Assembly: GCA_041581335.1 (NCBI GenBank)
Contig: JBFIDG010000001.1
Span: 1-62,910 of the forward strand
Origin: Thermoplasmatota archaeon
GTDB lineage: Archaea; Thermoplasmatota; E2; JACPAO01; JAHFTW01
DNA: 62,910 bases
Direction of reading: 5' to 3'
In this document: positions 10,349 through 18,909 of the stretch, one piece after another
How positions within the stretch are numbered: position 1 is the first letter of the stretch
How the letters are laid out: each line of letters begins with the position of its first letter
The notes under the pieces: generated by a model
The model's input: the letters and a program-made list of their open reading frames with translations, nothing else
Database searches by the model: none
What the model was told of the DNA's origin: nothing
Made by a program: the position numbers and the translations under genes

Positions 10349-11296
10349 ATGGGTGTCAATCTCCGCGACCTCTTCGAGCAATACCCGGTCCCGGACGGCT
10401 GGTACGAGGGCAAGCGCATCGCCATCGACGGCCACAACACGGCGTTCCGCTACCTGACCACCATCCGCGGCAAGGATGGCGACGTGCTGCGGAGCAAGGA
10501 CACGGGCCGGGCGACGAGCCATATTCTGGGGTTCTTGGGGCTCATCCGACAGATGCGCGTGGCCGGCGCGGAGCCCATCGTCATCTGGGACGGCCCGGTG
10601 CACCCCCGCAAGTTGGCGACGGTGCAGGAACGCATCCGCAAGCGCGAGGAGAACCTGGCACGTGCCGAGGCCGCGAAGGAAGAGGGCGACATGCGCGAGT
10701 TCGCCCGCCTCATGCGGGGCAGCGTCTACTTCGAGCCCCAGATGATCGAGGATTGTACGCGCCTGCTGGAATCATTGGGCGTGGCGGTGGTCACGGCCGA
10801 TCATGACGGCGAACGCTACGCCAGCGCCTTGTGCCTGGAAGGCCACGCGGATGCCGTCGCCACGGAGGACTTCGATGCCCTCGTCGCTGGCGCGCCCCGC
10901 GTCCTGCGAAAGGCCGGCGGCCAGAATACGTTCCTCCACCGCCTGACGGACCTGGAGACCCATGGTCTCGAGACCTGGCAGCTGCGCCAGGTGGCCATTG
11001 TCTGCGGCACCGACTGGCACCCGGGCATCAAGGGCTTCGGCGCCAAGACGGCGGTCAAGGCACTGCAGGCCCATGACGACCTGCGCACGCTCTGGGACAG
11101 TGGGGCGACCCGCGCCCACAAGTTGGTGGCGCAGGGCGGCATGTCGTTGGAGACCTTCGACGACCTGGACGCTTTCATCGGCGACCTGCCCAAGCCGGAC
11201 GCTCCCAAGCGGACCAAGCCCTGCCCGGACATGGCCACCGCTACCGCCGACGAGATCGGCATCAACCACGACCGCGTCCTGGCCTGCTTCACGTAG
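10349..11296 (+). CDS. fen: Flap endonuclease 1 (FEN-1)
   Basis: N-terminus MGVNLRDL..IAIDGHN (XPG-N), acidic XPG-I block (DHDGERYA..TEDFDAL), and H3TH GTDWHPGIKGFGAKTA. The C-terminus DRVLACFT is only weakly PIP-box-like. Confidence 0.85.
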   Translation: MGVNLRDLFEQYPVPDGWYEGKRIAIDGHNTAFRYLTTIRGKDGDVLRSKDTGRATSHILGFLGLIRQMRVAGAEPIVIWDGPVHPRKLATVQERIRKREENLARAEAAKEEGDMREFARLMRGSVYFEPQMIEDCTRLLESLGVAVVTADHDGERYASALCLEGHADAVATEDFDALVAGAPRVLRKAGGQNTFLHRLTDLETHGLETWQLRQVAIVCGTDWHPGIKGFGAKTAVKALQAHDDLRTLWDSGATRAHKLVAQGGMSLETFDDLDAFIGDLPKPDAPKRTKPCPDMATATADEIGINHDRVLACFT

Positions 11297-11402
11297 TGCC
11301 GCGACGGCACGTCGGACGCCGCCCCGGCCGTTGGGGCATGGCCCGCGACCGTCGCCCCACCACTGCCGATGCGGACCCGGGCGTCCCGGCGCTCGCTCCA
11401 GG

Positions 11403-11697
11403 TGCATGCGCAACAAAGGGGTAGACCGACCTCTTACGACACCCCTTCATTTCCTGTGGAATACCGGACCTGTCCGGGGGGATCGATCATTCGCCGTCCA
11501 ATGGAAATGCTGCCAAGGCGGGTCGCAGAAGGTCTCCGGGAGGTGGATCATCCCAAACTGCTTCCCTAGTTGCATCCCATCCAGTCGTAAGGCCGACCGA
11601 ATCGGTGGCCAAAGCCACCAGACGAAGCATGCACGGACCCCTTTACAGCGCAATTGGTAACAAACCCTCTTTTCGACCCCTTTACTTCCGATGGAAC
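11403..11697. promoter_or_regulatory. Cluster I of ORB-like repeats (dyad TTCC-N3-GGAA plus G-string)
   Basis: Plus-strand sequences: 11403 TGCATGCGCAACAAAGGGGTA; 11441 ACCCCTTCATTTCCTGTGGAAT; 11497 TCCAATGGAAAT; 11636 GACCCCTTTAC; 11675 GACCCCTTTACTTCCGATGGAAC. Both orientations are present. Confidence 0.5.
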
Positions 11698-11698
11698 T

Positions 11699-13444
11699 GT
11701 GATCAGATGGTCCCGGCACGGCCCGGTTTCCTGGCACAACAGCCATGACGCCACCGATCTTGCCGCAGTCGTGCGTGCCATCGTCAATGCCCGCGTCCAC
11801 ACGATGGAGACCCCCAGCGCCGTGACAGACGGCATCGCCTGGGACCACGACACCATCGTCGCCCTGGGTCGCGGCGACGTCGAAGCCTGGGCGAAGCTCC
11901 ACGACGCCCCCCTGGAGGACCTGGGCGGCCGGGTGGTGATCCCCGGGTTCGTCGACGCCCACATGCACTTCCTGCACGTCGGCGTGAAGCGCACCCGACC
12001 AGACCTGCGGGGCGCCAAGAGCCGCGCCGAGGCGCTGGCCCGGGTCAAGACCTGGTTAGAGGCCCACCCCGGCGACGGCCCGGTCACCGCGGAAGGCTGG
12101 GACGAAGCCGATTGGGGCGACGACGAGCCCCCGACCCGCGCCGAACTGGACGCGATCACGGACCGCCCCATGGTGCTACGGCGGATCTGCGGCCACATCG
12201 CGGTGGCCAACAGCGCCGCGTTGCCCGGCATCAAGGCCCGCTGGCCAGACGACCGAGTGGATGAGACCACCGGGATCCTGCTGGAAGAGCCCAGCCTCTA
12301 CCTCAACGAGGCCATGCCGGCCGACGACGAGACACTGGACCGCGCCGTCGAGGCCGCCTGCCGCGTGGCCCACCAGGTCGGCGTCACGGCCCTTGGCGAT
12401 TACGAACAACTCCCGTTCCGCGCCGCCTTGCTCCGCGCCGCCCGTGACGGCCGGCTCACCGTCCGGGTCCAATGCAGCACCTACGCCCAGGCCCTGGACG
12501 CCATCCGACTGGAAGGCTTCCGCACCGGCCGCCCCCTGCGGGCTGCAGGGCCAGATGAGGTCGGTATCCCCATGGCAGGCAACCCCGACGAGGCGCCCGA
12601 TGCCCACGTCATCGAGGACCCGGTCTCCATGTTCCGCGACGGTGGCCTCAAAGTGTTCCTGGACGGCAGCCTGGGCGGCCACACCGCCCTGATGCTGGAG
12701 CCATACTGCGACAAACATACGCACGGGCGCGCCAATTGGACCGACGCGGAGCTGGATGCCGCGTTCTCCAAGGCGGCCGCCGCAGATATCCAGATCCACG
12801 CCCACGTCATCGGGGATGGCGCTGTCGAGCAGGGTCTGCAGGCGTTCGAACGCCTGGTGGCCGACCACCCTGAGCACAGCCACATCCACCCGTGGGCCCC
12901 GCACCTACCGGGCGCTCCCCAGGCAAAGCGCCGACCCTTGGCCCATCGCTTCGAGCACTACGAGATCGTCCACGACGAACAGGTCGCCCGCACCGCGAAG
13001 CTCGGCATCTGGGCCAGCAGCCAACCCAACTTCGTCGGTGCCTGGAGCGCCAAGGGCGGCATGTACGAGGGACGCATCGGCGACCGCTTCGTCTTGAACA
13101 ACCGCTTCCAGACCTTCACGAAGGCCGGACTGCGCATCGCCTTCGGGAGCGACGGTATGCCGTTCGGGCCCCTGTACGGGATCCGTTCGGCGACCCAGCA
13201 CCCGGTGGAAGCCGAACGCATGAGCGCCGCCGAGGCGGTCTGGCACTACACCCATGAAGCGGCGGTCTCGATGGGCTTGCCCGTCGGACGTCTGACGCCG
13301 GGGCGCCCAGCCGATCTGCTGATCCTGAACGTCACGGAACTGATCGATCCAGAGACCTGGATCTTCGACGAGGTCGTCGGCGCCGGTGAGACCCACCACC
13401 GCGGCGACCGACCCATCATCAGCGATGATGACGTCGTCCTGTGA
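11699..13444 (+). CDS. Metal-dependent amidohydrolase (YtcJ-like, Amidohydro_3)
   Basis: Contains the PGFVDAHMHF HxH metal site, IHAHVIGDGA and AFGSDG blocks. The start is uncertain. The ORF opens at 11654, but its first 15 codons overlap an ORB-like repeat, so GTG 11699 or a later GTG is preferred. Confidence 0.7.
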   Translation: MIRWSRHGPVSWHNSHDATDLAAVVRAIVNARVHTMETPSAVTDGIAWDHDTIVALGRGDVEAWAKLHDAPLEDLGGRVVIPGFVDAHMHFLHVGVKRTRPDLRGAKSRAEALARVKTWLEAHPGDGPVTAEGWDEADWGDDEPPTRAELDAITDRPMVLRRICGHIAVANSAALPGIKARWPDDRVDETTGILLEEPSLYLNEAMPADDETLDRAVEAACRVAHQVGVTALGDYEQLPFRAALLRAARDGRLTVRVQCSTYAQALDAIRLEGFRTGRPLRAAGPDEVGIPMAGNPDEAPDAHVIEDPVSMFRDGGLKVFLDGSLGGHTALMLEPYCDKHTHGRANWTDAELDAAFSKAAAADIQIHAHVIGDGAVEQGLQAFERLVADHPEHSHIHPWAPHLPGAPQAKRRPLAHRFEHYEIVHDEQVARTAKLGIWASSQPNFVGAWSAKGGMYEGRIGDRFVLNNRFQTFTKAGLRIAFGSDGMPFGPLYGIRSATQHPVEAERMSAAEAVWHYTHEAAVSMGLPVGRLTPGRPADLLILNVTELIDPETWIFDEVVGAGETHHRGDRPIISDDDVVL

Positions 13445-13780
13445 CGGATCGCTGGACACGCCCGCGCGGCCAGGCGCCGGCCATCGGCGGCCGTGGATAC
13501 GACCCGTGCCAGAGCCATCGATCCAGCGGAGGCCCTGGACGGCCAACGCTGGCTCGGCCCAGACCGACACCCGATGACAAGGGCGGGGCTACCCAGACAT
13601 TGGCCCGAGCCACCCAAGGAAGCGTCAGGACCTTGGTGACCACTGCATCCTGTGGAAAGTGGGCAGCCATTGGAACCGGACCAAAACAGGCCCTAAACAC
13701 CCCTTGAAGACCTCCCCGCAGACCCCCTCCGAGGAGAGACCCCCTCATTTCGCGTGGAAGCCCCGCAACACCTAGGGCCC

Positions 13781-13920
13781 TCCAAAAAAGCGCTTCATCT
13801 GTGAGCAAAATCACCGGTAAACCCTTTTCTTACCAACCCCATCAACACGCAGAGGCTATTCTTCTTCCTCCTCTATCTCTCCTTCTTCCTCCTCTACACT
13901 TTTTTCGACGTTCTACACGC
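13781..13920. other. Low-GC (~46% by hand count) strand-asymmetric polypyrimidine tract; candidate duplex-unwinding element or promoter region
   Basis: I counted 65 G+C in 140 nt, in a window that is otherwise visibly GC-rich. The plus strand is almost purine-free across 13861-13905. Confidence 0.45.
13861..13896 (+). repeat. Two perfect 15-nt direct repeats CTTCTTCCTCCTCTA separated by 6 nt
   Basis: Read directly: copies at 13861-13875 and 13882-13896, with spacer TCTCTC, followed by a T6 run. Confidence 0.9.
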
Positions 13921-14209
13921 AGCCATGGGGTTGGGGGTATGGCGCTTCTGCCAACCACAATCAGGTGGCACCGGGGCCAGACACGATCTGGAGCCGTGCG
14001 GGATGGCGGTGCTCCATAGGCATCGAGGGGCCGCGGATCGGGGATTCATCGGCAAGGCGCGAAGAAATCAATGGAGGGGTCAAGGATCGTCAGCACGTCA
14101 GCCATCAGCGGGCCGGGCTTGCGGCGCCGTGCCGGTCCCAGGTCTCCCAGAGGAGCGGGTAATCCGATTCGGCACGGTTTTGCTTGGGTCGGGACCTTGC
14201 CGGCTAGCC

Positions 14210-15775
14210 ATGGCTATCCAGCGCGCCGCGCCGCTGCCGATCCCGACCGAAGAAGCCGCCCGTCTGCGGGGCAGCCTCGCTAAGGAGTACGGTGCGGAAG
14301 TCTGGGAAGGGCCAGAGCGCCGCGTGCTCTTGATCCGCGTCCCGCGGGCGGAGCCTGATCCGGTCAACGACGTGGAAGCGGCGGTCGAGCATCTTCAGCC
14401 GGCGGACGTGGAGGATCTGACGCATTGCCTGCTGATGGGAGACCAACGGGTCGCCCAGGTCTACGTCCGGCCCCTGCAGGACCTGATGCGGGAACGTCTC
14501 GCCTTCGATGCCCGGCAGGCCGACCACTGGCGCCAGGAGCTCCCTGGGCAGCTCAGCCACAGCCTCTTCCAGGCAGCCGATGATCCCCGTCGCCGCTGGC
14601 GCCTTGCCATCCGTCTGCCCGTGGCGTCTGTGGCCGAGGTGGAGGAAGAGCACTTCGACGACCTGGTGGAAGGCATCGGGCCGTTGCTGGACACACCGCG
14701 CTTCAAGCAACTGGTCGCCGTCTATTTCATCGCAGCCAATGACCACCTCAGGCTCCAGGCCAATGTGTTCCTCAAAGAGATGAAGGACAAGTGGGTCAGC
14801 GAGGAGCGCCTCCGGCGCAAGGCCGAAGAAGAACGCAAGGCGGAGGAGACCACTCGTTCCCGGGCAGCGGCCGAACGCCGCCGCCAGGAAGAGGAGCGCA
14901 TCGCGCTGCTGCGCGAAGTGGACCGCAAGATGGCGCGCTACCAGGCCGAGAAGGCCGTCGGAGGTCCGTTGCCCGCGACCGACCCTACGACGCCTGGCCG
15001 GGCCGGTGCTGGACCGATCCGCGACCTCCTGGCCGAGAGCGAGACCACGCTGACCGCGCGAGACTCCGACCGGGCGCGCCATCCCCGTGGACCCTGGACC
15101 GTCACGGAGGTCGAGCAGCCAGAGATCCCGCACAACAGCGCGGAGGCCCTGCTGGCCCGCGCGGCCGCAGAGAGCGCGGACGTCGCCAAGGCGCTGTTCC
15201 GCGATGCACCGCCCAGGGACGCCACCAAGTACGACACCGACGCGGTCGTGGCCGAGTTGGTGGACAAGCCCAAGGGCCTGGCCGACCGCCTTGATGCGTT
15301 GCGCGCCCGTGTGGACAATGCCCTGGAGCAGGCGCCGACGCGCAGCACGAGCCGCGATGTGCCCACACGCACCTCGGCACCTCGGCGTGCCCACGTGCCC
15401 ACGCGCCGGACCGAGCGTGTCCGCGAGCCCTTGGGCGGCCGCGAGAACGACGTCGGCCGCGGCGACCCCAAGACCCGTCTACGCCGGCGCCTGGAGGCGT
15501 CCGGATACGATGTGTTGGATGCGCCGACGATCCCTGGTCACCATGTCGATCTGGCCGCCGAGCGGCCGGATGGGGATCCGCAGCGCGTCGTCGCGCGCGT
15601 CGTGGCGAAGCTCGATGTGTCGACGGCCAAGCAGCTACTCAAGACGGCCCGCGAGTTGGACGTGGACCTGGTGCTCTGCGTGGCCGAGCATCAGGATGCC
15701 GAGGCACGCCGGATCCTCGTTGCGACGAAGGTCAAGTTGGCAAGCCCTGGAGACATCGCCGCGTACCGTTTCTGA
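14210..15775 (+). CDS. Orphan protein: unknown N-terminal domain, Arg/Glu-rich coiled coil, disordered linker, C-terminal Mrr-like (PD-(D/E)xK) nuclease-fold domain
   Basis: GC3-rich frame from ATG 14210 (MAIQRAAPLP). The upstream part of ORF 13925..15775 looks non-coding. The C-terminus GYDVLDAPTIPGHHVDLAAE..RVVARVVAKLD..DLVLCVAE resembles a restriction-endonuclease (Mrr_cat-type) core. Confidence 0.55.
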   Translation: MAIQRAAPLPIPTEEAARLRGSLAKEYGAEVWEGPERRVLLIRVPRAEPDPVNDVEAAVEHLQPADVEDLTHCLLMGDQRVAQVYVRPLQDLMRERLAFDARQADHWRQELPGQLSHSLFQAADDPRRRWRLAIRLPVASVAEVEEEHFDDLVEGIGPLLDTPRFKQLVAVYFIAANDHLRLQANVFLKEMKDKWVSEERLRRKAEEERKAEETTRSRAAAERRRQEEERIALLREVDRKMARYQAEKAVGGPLPATDPTTPGRAGAGPIRDLLAESETTLTARDSDRARHPRGPWTVTEVEQPEIPHNSAEALLARAAAESADVAKALFRDAPPRDATKYDTDAVVAELVDKPKGLADRLDALRARVDNALEQAPTRSTSRDVPTRTSAPRRAHVPTRRTERVREPLGGRENDVGRGDPKTRLRRRLEASGYDVLDAPTIPGHHVDLAAERPDGDPQRVVARVVAKLDVSTAKQLLKTARELDVDLVLCVAEHQDAEARRILVATKVKLASPGDIAAYRF

Positions 15776-15911
15776 AGGTGCGGTGTCCGCCAGGCACGGT
15801 GACGGACCGGGGCCACCTGCAGGCCGACCCGCCAAGGAGGCATGCATGGAAAGTGACCCCGGCCCGCCGCGGGCTCGGGGAAGAAGAAAGGGCTGAGGGG
15901 GAGGAACGGTC

Positions 15912-17780
15912 TTATTTCCAGGCGACGGCCTTCGAGACGACGGTCTGGCCGGCGTCGTCGGTGGCACGGAAGGTCACCATGGCGCCCGGAGCGACGTAGA
16001 AGCTCTTGGCGTACGTGTCCCAGTTCGTGGCGGGGAGCGTCGTGTAGCTACCGGAGCCGACGCGGGCCTCGACCTTGGCGATCTTGCTCTTGGAGTCCAC
16101 GGCGGTCTCGACCCAGTAGGCGTTGCCGACGGCCTTCGGGGTGAAGGTCGCGGTGAAGCTGGGGGCCGGAGCCGGGGCGGTGCCCCAGGCGATGGTCTTG
16201 GAGACGACGGTCTGGCCGCTGCCGTCGGTGGCGCGGAAGGTGACCGTGGAGCCCGAGGGGACCGGGATGCTCTTGGCGTAGGTGCCCCAGCTCGTGGCAG
16301 GGAGCGTCGTGTAGGCACCGTCGTTGACGCGCACTTCGACCTTGCTGACCTTGCTGCTGGATTCGACCGCAGTCTCGACCCACCATTGGTTGCCGACGGC
16401 CTTCGGCGTGAAGGTCGCGGTGAAGCTGGGCTTGGGGGCAGGTTGCGGGGCGGGCTGCGGGGCAGGGGCACTGCCGCCGAGCCAGCTCATCGAGTCGCTG
16501 GTGACCGTGGCGCCGGTGCTGCTGGTGGCCTTGAAGACCATCGAACCAGGGGTGGCGTGGAAGCTCTTGGCGTGGGTGCCCCAGCTCGTGGCCGGGAGCG
16601 TGACCATCGGGCCACCATTGTGGCTGGCCTCGACCTTCGTGATCTTTTCGCTGCCCTGGACCTTGACTTCGACCCACCATTCGTTGACGTTGCTGGGAAC
16701 GCTGAACGAGGCGGTGAAGGCAGCCGGGGCCGGCTTGGGCTCAGGCGCAGGGGCGGGGGCGGGGGTCGGAGCAGCGTTGCTGCGCTCAGCCTTCACACCA
16801 GCCACCCACACATGACCAGCAGCCTTCAAATCACTCGTACCAGACCAAGACAGACCCCAATGACGCTCAGCCTCACCGTAGTAATTGGCCAGATTCATGT
16901 TCGGACTGTCATTCCAGCTACGGTACACGATCGCCATCACACCAGCCGACTTCAACTCACCAAGATTGTCAAAGAACTGCTGCAGTTCGTTGCTCTGCTT
17001 GCTAAGGTAAGCGGGTTCGGGGTAGCTGCTGAGAGCCAGATCTTGGATGAAGATCGGCTTACCAAACAAAGACTGAAGGTACTGCGCGTTGCTGAGGGTG
17101 GTCTCGTACAGGTCATCGTAGTGAGCACTCGAGTCCTTGGTGGAGCCGCGCATGCCTTGGATACCGATGTAATCACTGGCAGCCGCAGTGCGGTCGAAGT
17201 TACCCCAGTAGTTCTTGCCCCACGAGCCGAGGCTCATGACGATCTTGGCGTTGGGGTAGCCTTCGTGGATCTTGTCGGCCATGTCGGCCATGTAGCCATC
17301 AAAGGGCTCGTACGATTGGATGCCGCCTTTGTTGAATTCGGATTCCATGAAGATGACGACTTCTTCGCCGCCCATCTTGGCGTTGAGGTGTTGGATGAGT
17401 TGGTCGGCGAGGGTGTTCCAGCCGGCTTTGTTCTTGTGGCTGTTGTGGAGGCTGCTCCAGCAGCCGTTTTCGACGCAGTCGGGGGTGATGTCGTCGCCCC
17501 AGTAGTAGAAGTGGATGGCGGGGGTGACGCCGGCGTTTTTCATGGTGGTGAGGCTGTTGTCGGGTCCGCCCCAGCCGCTGTTGAGGGTCCAGGGGCCGAT
17601 CCAGAAGGTGCCGTAGTCGGGGGCGACGCCGTTTTGGGTCTGGACGTTGATGGCGCCGGCTTCCATACCGAAGCCGATGGGGGTGTCGGTGGTGGCTGCT
17701 CCTGCGCCGGGGGCGATGAGGACGGCGAGTCCGGCGGTCAGGATGGCAAGGGTCGTGAGGATGGTTTTCAGGCGGGTCAT
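15912..17780 (-). CDS. Secreted glycoside-hydrolase-like enzyme (TIM-barrel type) with three C-terminal carbohydrate-binding-like repeats
   Basis: Has a signal peptide MTRLKTILTTLAILTAGLAVLIAPGAGA. The catalytic-like region contains FMESEFNK (an NE/E acid-base-like motif). Three ~85-aa repeats (..WWVE..V.KVE....G....LPATSWGT.AKS..) are joined by Pro/Ala linkers. The family assignment is not certain. Confidence 0.6.
   Translation of the reverse strand: MTRLKTILTTLAILTAGLAVLIAPGAGAATTDTPIGFGMEAGAINVQTQNGVAPDYGTFWIGPWTLNSGWGGPDNSLTTMKNAGVTPAIHFYYWGDDITPDCVENGCWSSLHNSHKNKAGWNTLADQLIQHLNAKMGGEEVVIFMESEFNKGGIQSYEPFDGYMADMADKIHEGYPNAKIVMSLGSWGKNYWGNFDRTAAASDYIGIQGMRGSTKDSSAHYDDLYETTLSNAQYLQSLFGKPIFIQDLALSSYPEPAYLSKQSNELQQFFDNLGELKSAGVMAIVYRSWNDSPNMNLANYYGEAERHWGLSWSGTSDLKAAGHVWVAGVKAERSNAAPTPAPAPAPEPKPAPAAFTASFSVPSNVNEWWVEVKVQGSEKITKVEASHNGGPMVTLPATSWGTHAKSFHATPGSMVFKATSSTGATVTSDSMSWLGGSAPAPQPAPQPAPKPSFTATFTPKAVGNQWWVETAVESSSKVSKVEVRVNDGAYTTLPATSWGTYAKSIPVPSGSTVTFRATDGSGQTVVSKTIAWGTAPAPAPSFTATFTPKAVGNAYWVETAVDSKSKIAKVEARVGSGSYTTLPATNWDTYAKSFYVAPGAMVTFRATDDAGQTVVSKAVAWK
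15915..16735 (-). repeat. Three tandem ~260-270-nt coding repeats (binding-module repeats of the hydrolase)
   Basis: The last two units (about 15915-16170 and 16190-16445) are clearly similar at the nucleotide level. The third (about 16478-16730) is more diverged. Confidence 0.8.
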
Positions 17781-18097
17781 TGGCGTACCAATCACGCACC
17801 GAGTCCAGGCGGGCCGAGGCCCCGTTCCATGCCCAGTGCGTAAGTGGCCATCTTCTCCTGAATCACTTAAGGCGAGCCGATTTTCTTATTATGGAGAACC
17901 GGTTTTCGGAAGGTTATACTTGAATATGACTGAAAGCCAAGTGGGCCCTGAAGGGCCAGGGACCTGCTGTTTCCGGGGTCTATGGACAAAGGGCCAGTGC
18001 CCCGTAGGGCCCCCAAGGTGAAGGCGGACCCGACGGGCCGGACACCCATGACCGTCCCGGCGTGCTGAAATGCCCGACCGCCCGTGCAAAACCATCC

Positions 18098-18763
18098 ATG
18101 CCTTTGTCGACCGCGTGCTCATCCCTGGACGCCCTGCTTGACGGGGGCCTGGAAGAGGACGCCATCACCCTCGTCTTCGGTGAGGGTGGAAGCGGCAAGA
18201 CGAACCTGGCGCTGCAATGCTCGCGGCAGGTCGTCCTGGCGGGCAAGAAGGTCGCGTACGTGGACACGGAAGGGGTCAGCCCCCGTCGCATGGAACAGGT
18301 GTTCAGTGCCGCCGGCGACCCCGCCGAGATGATGGACTCGATGCTGTTCTTCTCGCCCTTCGACATCATCCAACAGGAACGGATGGTCGAGAAGACCGCC
18401 CTGTTGAAGGGGCTTGGGCTGATCGTGGTCGACTCGATCAACATGCACTATCGTCTGCACATCGACGACCAGGACAAGGAGAAGGAGGCCGGTCGCAGCC
18501 TGTACAAGCAACTGCACCACCTCACCAACTTCGCCCGCCAGGCCGATGTCCCCGTCCTCGTCACGGGGCAGGTCTACGGCGGTGAGGACACCACACAACC
18601 GTTCGCACGGCGCGTCATGGAGCACCTGGTCAAAGCGCTCGTCAGGTTCGAGAAACGCCCCGACGGCACCCGCCGTGCCACGGTCCTCAAACACCGCAGC
18701 ATCGAAGATGGTCGGCAGGCGCGCTTCCGCATCGGAGCGCACGGCCTCGAAGCCGTGTCGTAG
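18098..18763 (+). CDS. radB: DNA repair and recombination protein RadB
   Basis: MPLSTACSSLDALLDGGLEEDAITLVFGEGGSGKTNL (Walker A) and Walker B LIVVDS. It is about 220 aa with no N-terminal HhH domain, so RadB rather than RadA. An alternative upstream GTG lies at 18062. Confidence 0.85.
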   Translation: MPLSTACSSLDALLDGGLEEDAITLVFGEGGSGKTNLALQCSRQVVLAGKKVAYVDTEGVSPRRMEQVFSAAGDPAEMMDSMLFFSPFDIIQQERMVEKTALLKGLGLIVVDSINMHYRLHIDDQDKEKEAGRSLYKQLHHLTNFARQADVPVLVTGQVYGGEDTTQPFARRVMEHLVKALVRFEKRPDGTRRATVLKHRSIEDGRQARFRIGAHGLEAVS

Positions 18764-18909
18764 CATGGTCTTCTGGCACGACAGAGCGCCGGCCGCACTC
18801 GGTCGGCTGAAAGGTCCTGTCGCCAAGCCCTCTCGGGGGTTCCCCCCGGGGTCGCGTAGGGGCGATGCCCGAAACCTTAAGGTGTGGGAGGCCCCCACCC
18901 TCTTTTGCT

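Larger units (their letters stand above)
13647..14081. promoter_or_regulatory. Cluster II of ORB-like repeats flanking a low-GC tract
   Basis: Plus-strand sequences: 13647 ATCCTGTGGAAAGTGGGC; 13697 ACACCCCTTGAAG; 13738 GACCCCTCATTTCGCGTGGAAG; 14012 CTCCATAGGCATCGAGGGGCC; 14044 ATTCATCGGCAAG; 14067 ATCAATGGAGGGGTC. The copies at 13738 and 14012 are in opposite orientation on either side of 13781-13920. Confidence 0.5.

Noticed and set aside
13861-13896. Direct repeats CTTCTTCCTCCTCTA considered as a possible CRISPR or other array
   Set aside because: There are only two copies separated by 6 nt, with no spacers and no cas genes. I treat them as part of the low-GC tract.
14128-14165. The string GGTCCCAGGTCTCCCAGAGGAGCGGGTAATCC, which superficially resembles SRP RNA helix 8 (CCCAGGTC...GGAGC.GG)
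   Set aside because: The hairpin would have a CAGA loop rather than a GNAR tetraloop. The universally conserved AGCA of the asymmetric loop is missing, and no Alu-domain-like 5' region is evident.
13925-14209. N-terminal 95 codons of ORF 13925..15775, plus ORFs 13441..13707, 13419..13814 and 13801..14019
   Set aside because: Their compositions are not protein-like (Arg/Cys/Gly/Trp-rich), with no third-position GC bias, and they overlap the repeat-rich region. I treat 13445-14209 as non-coding.
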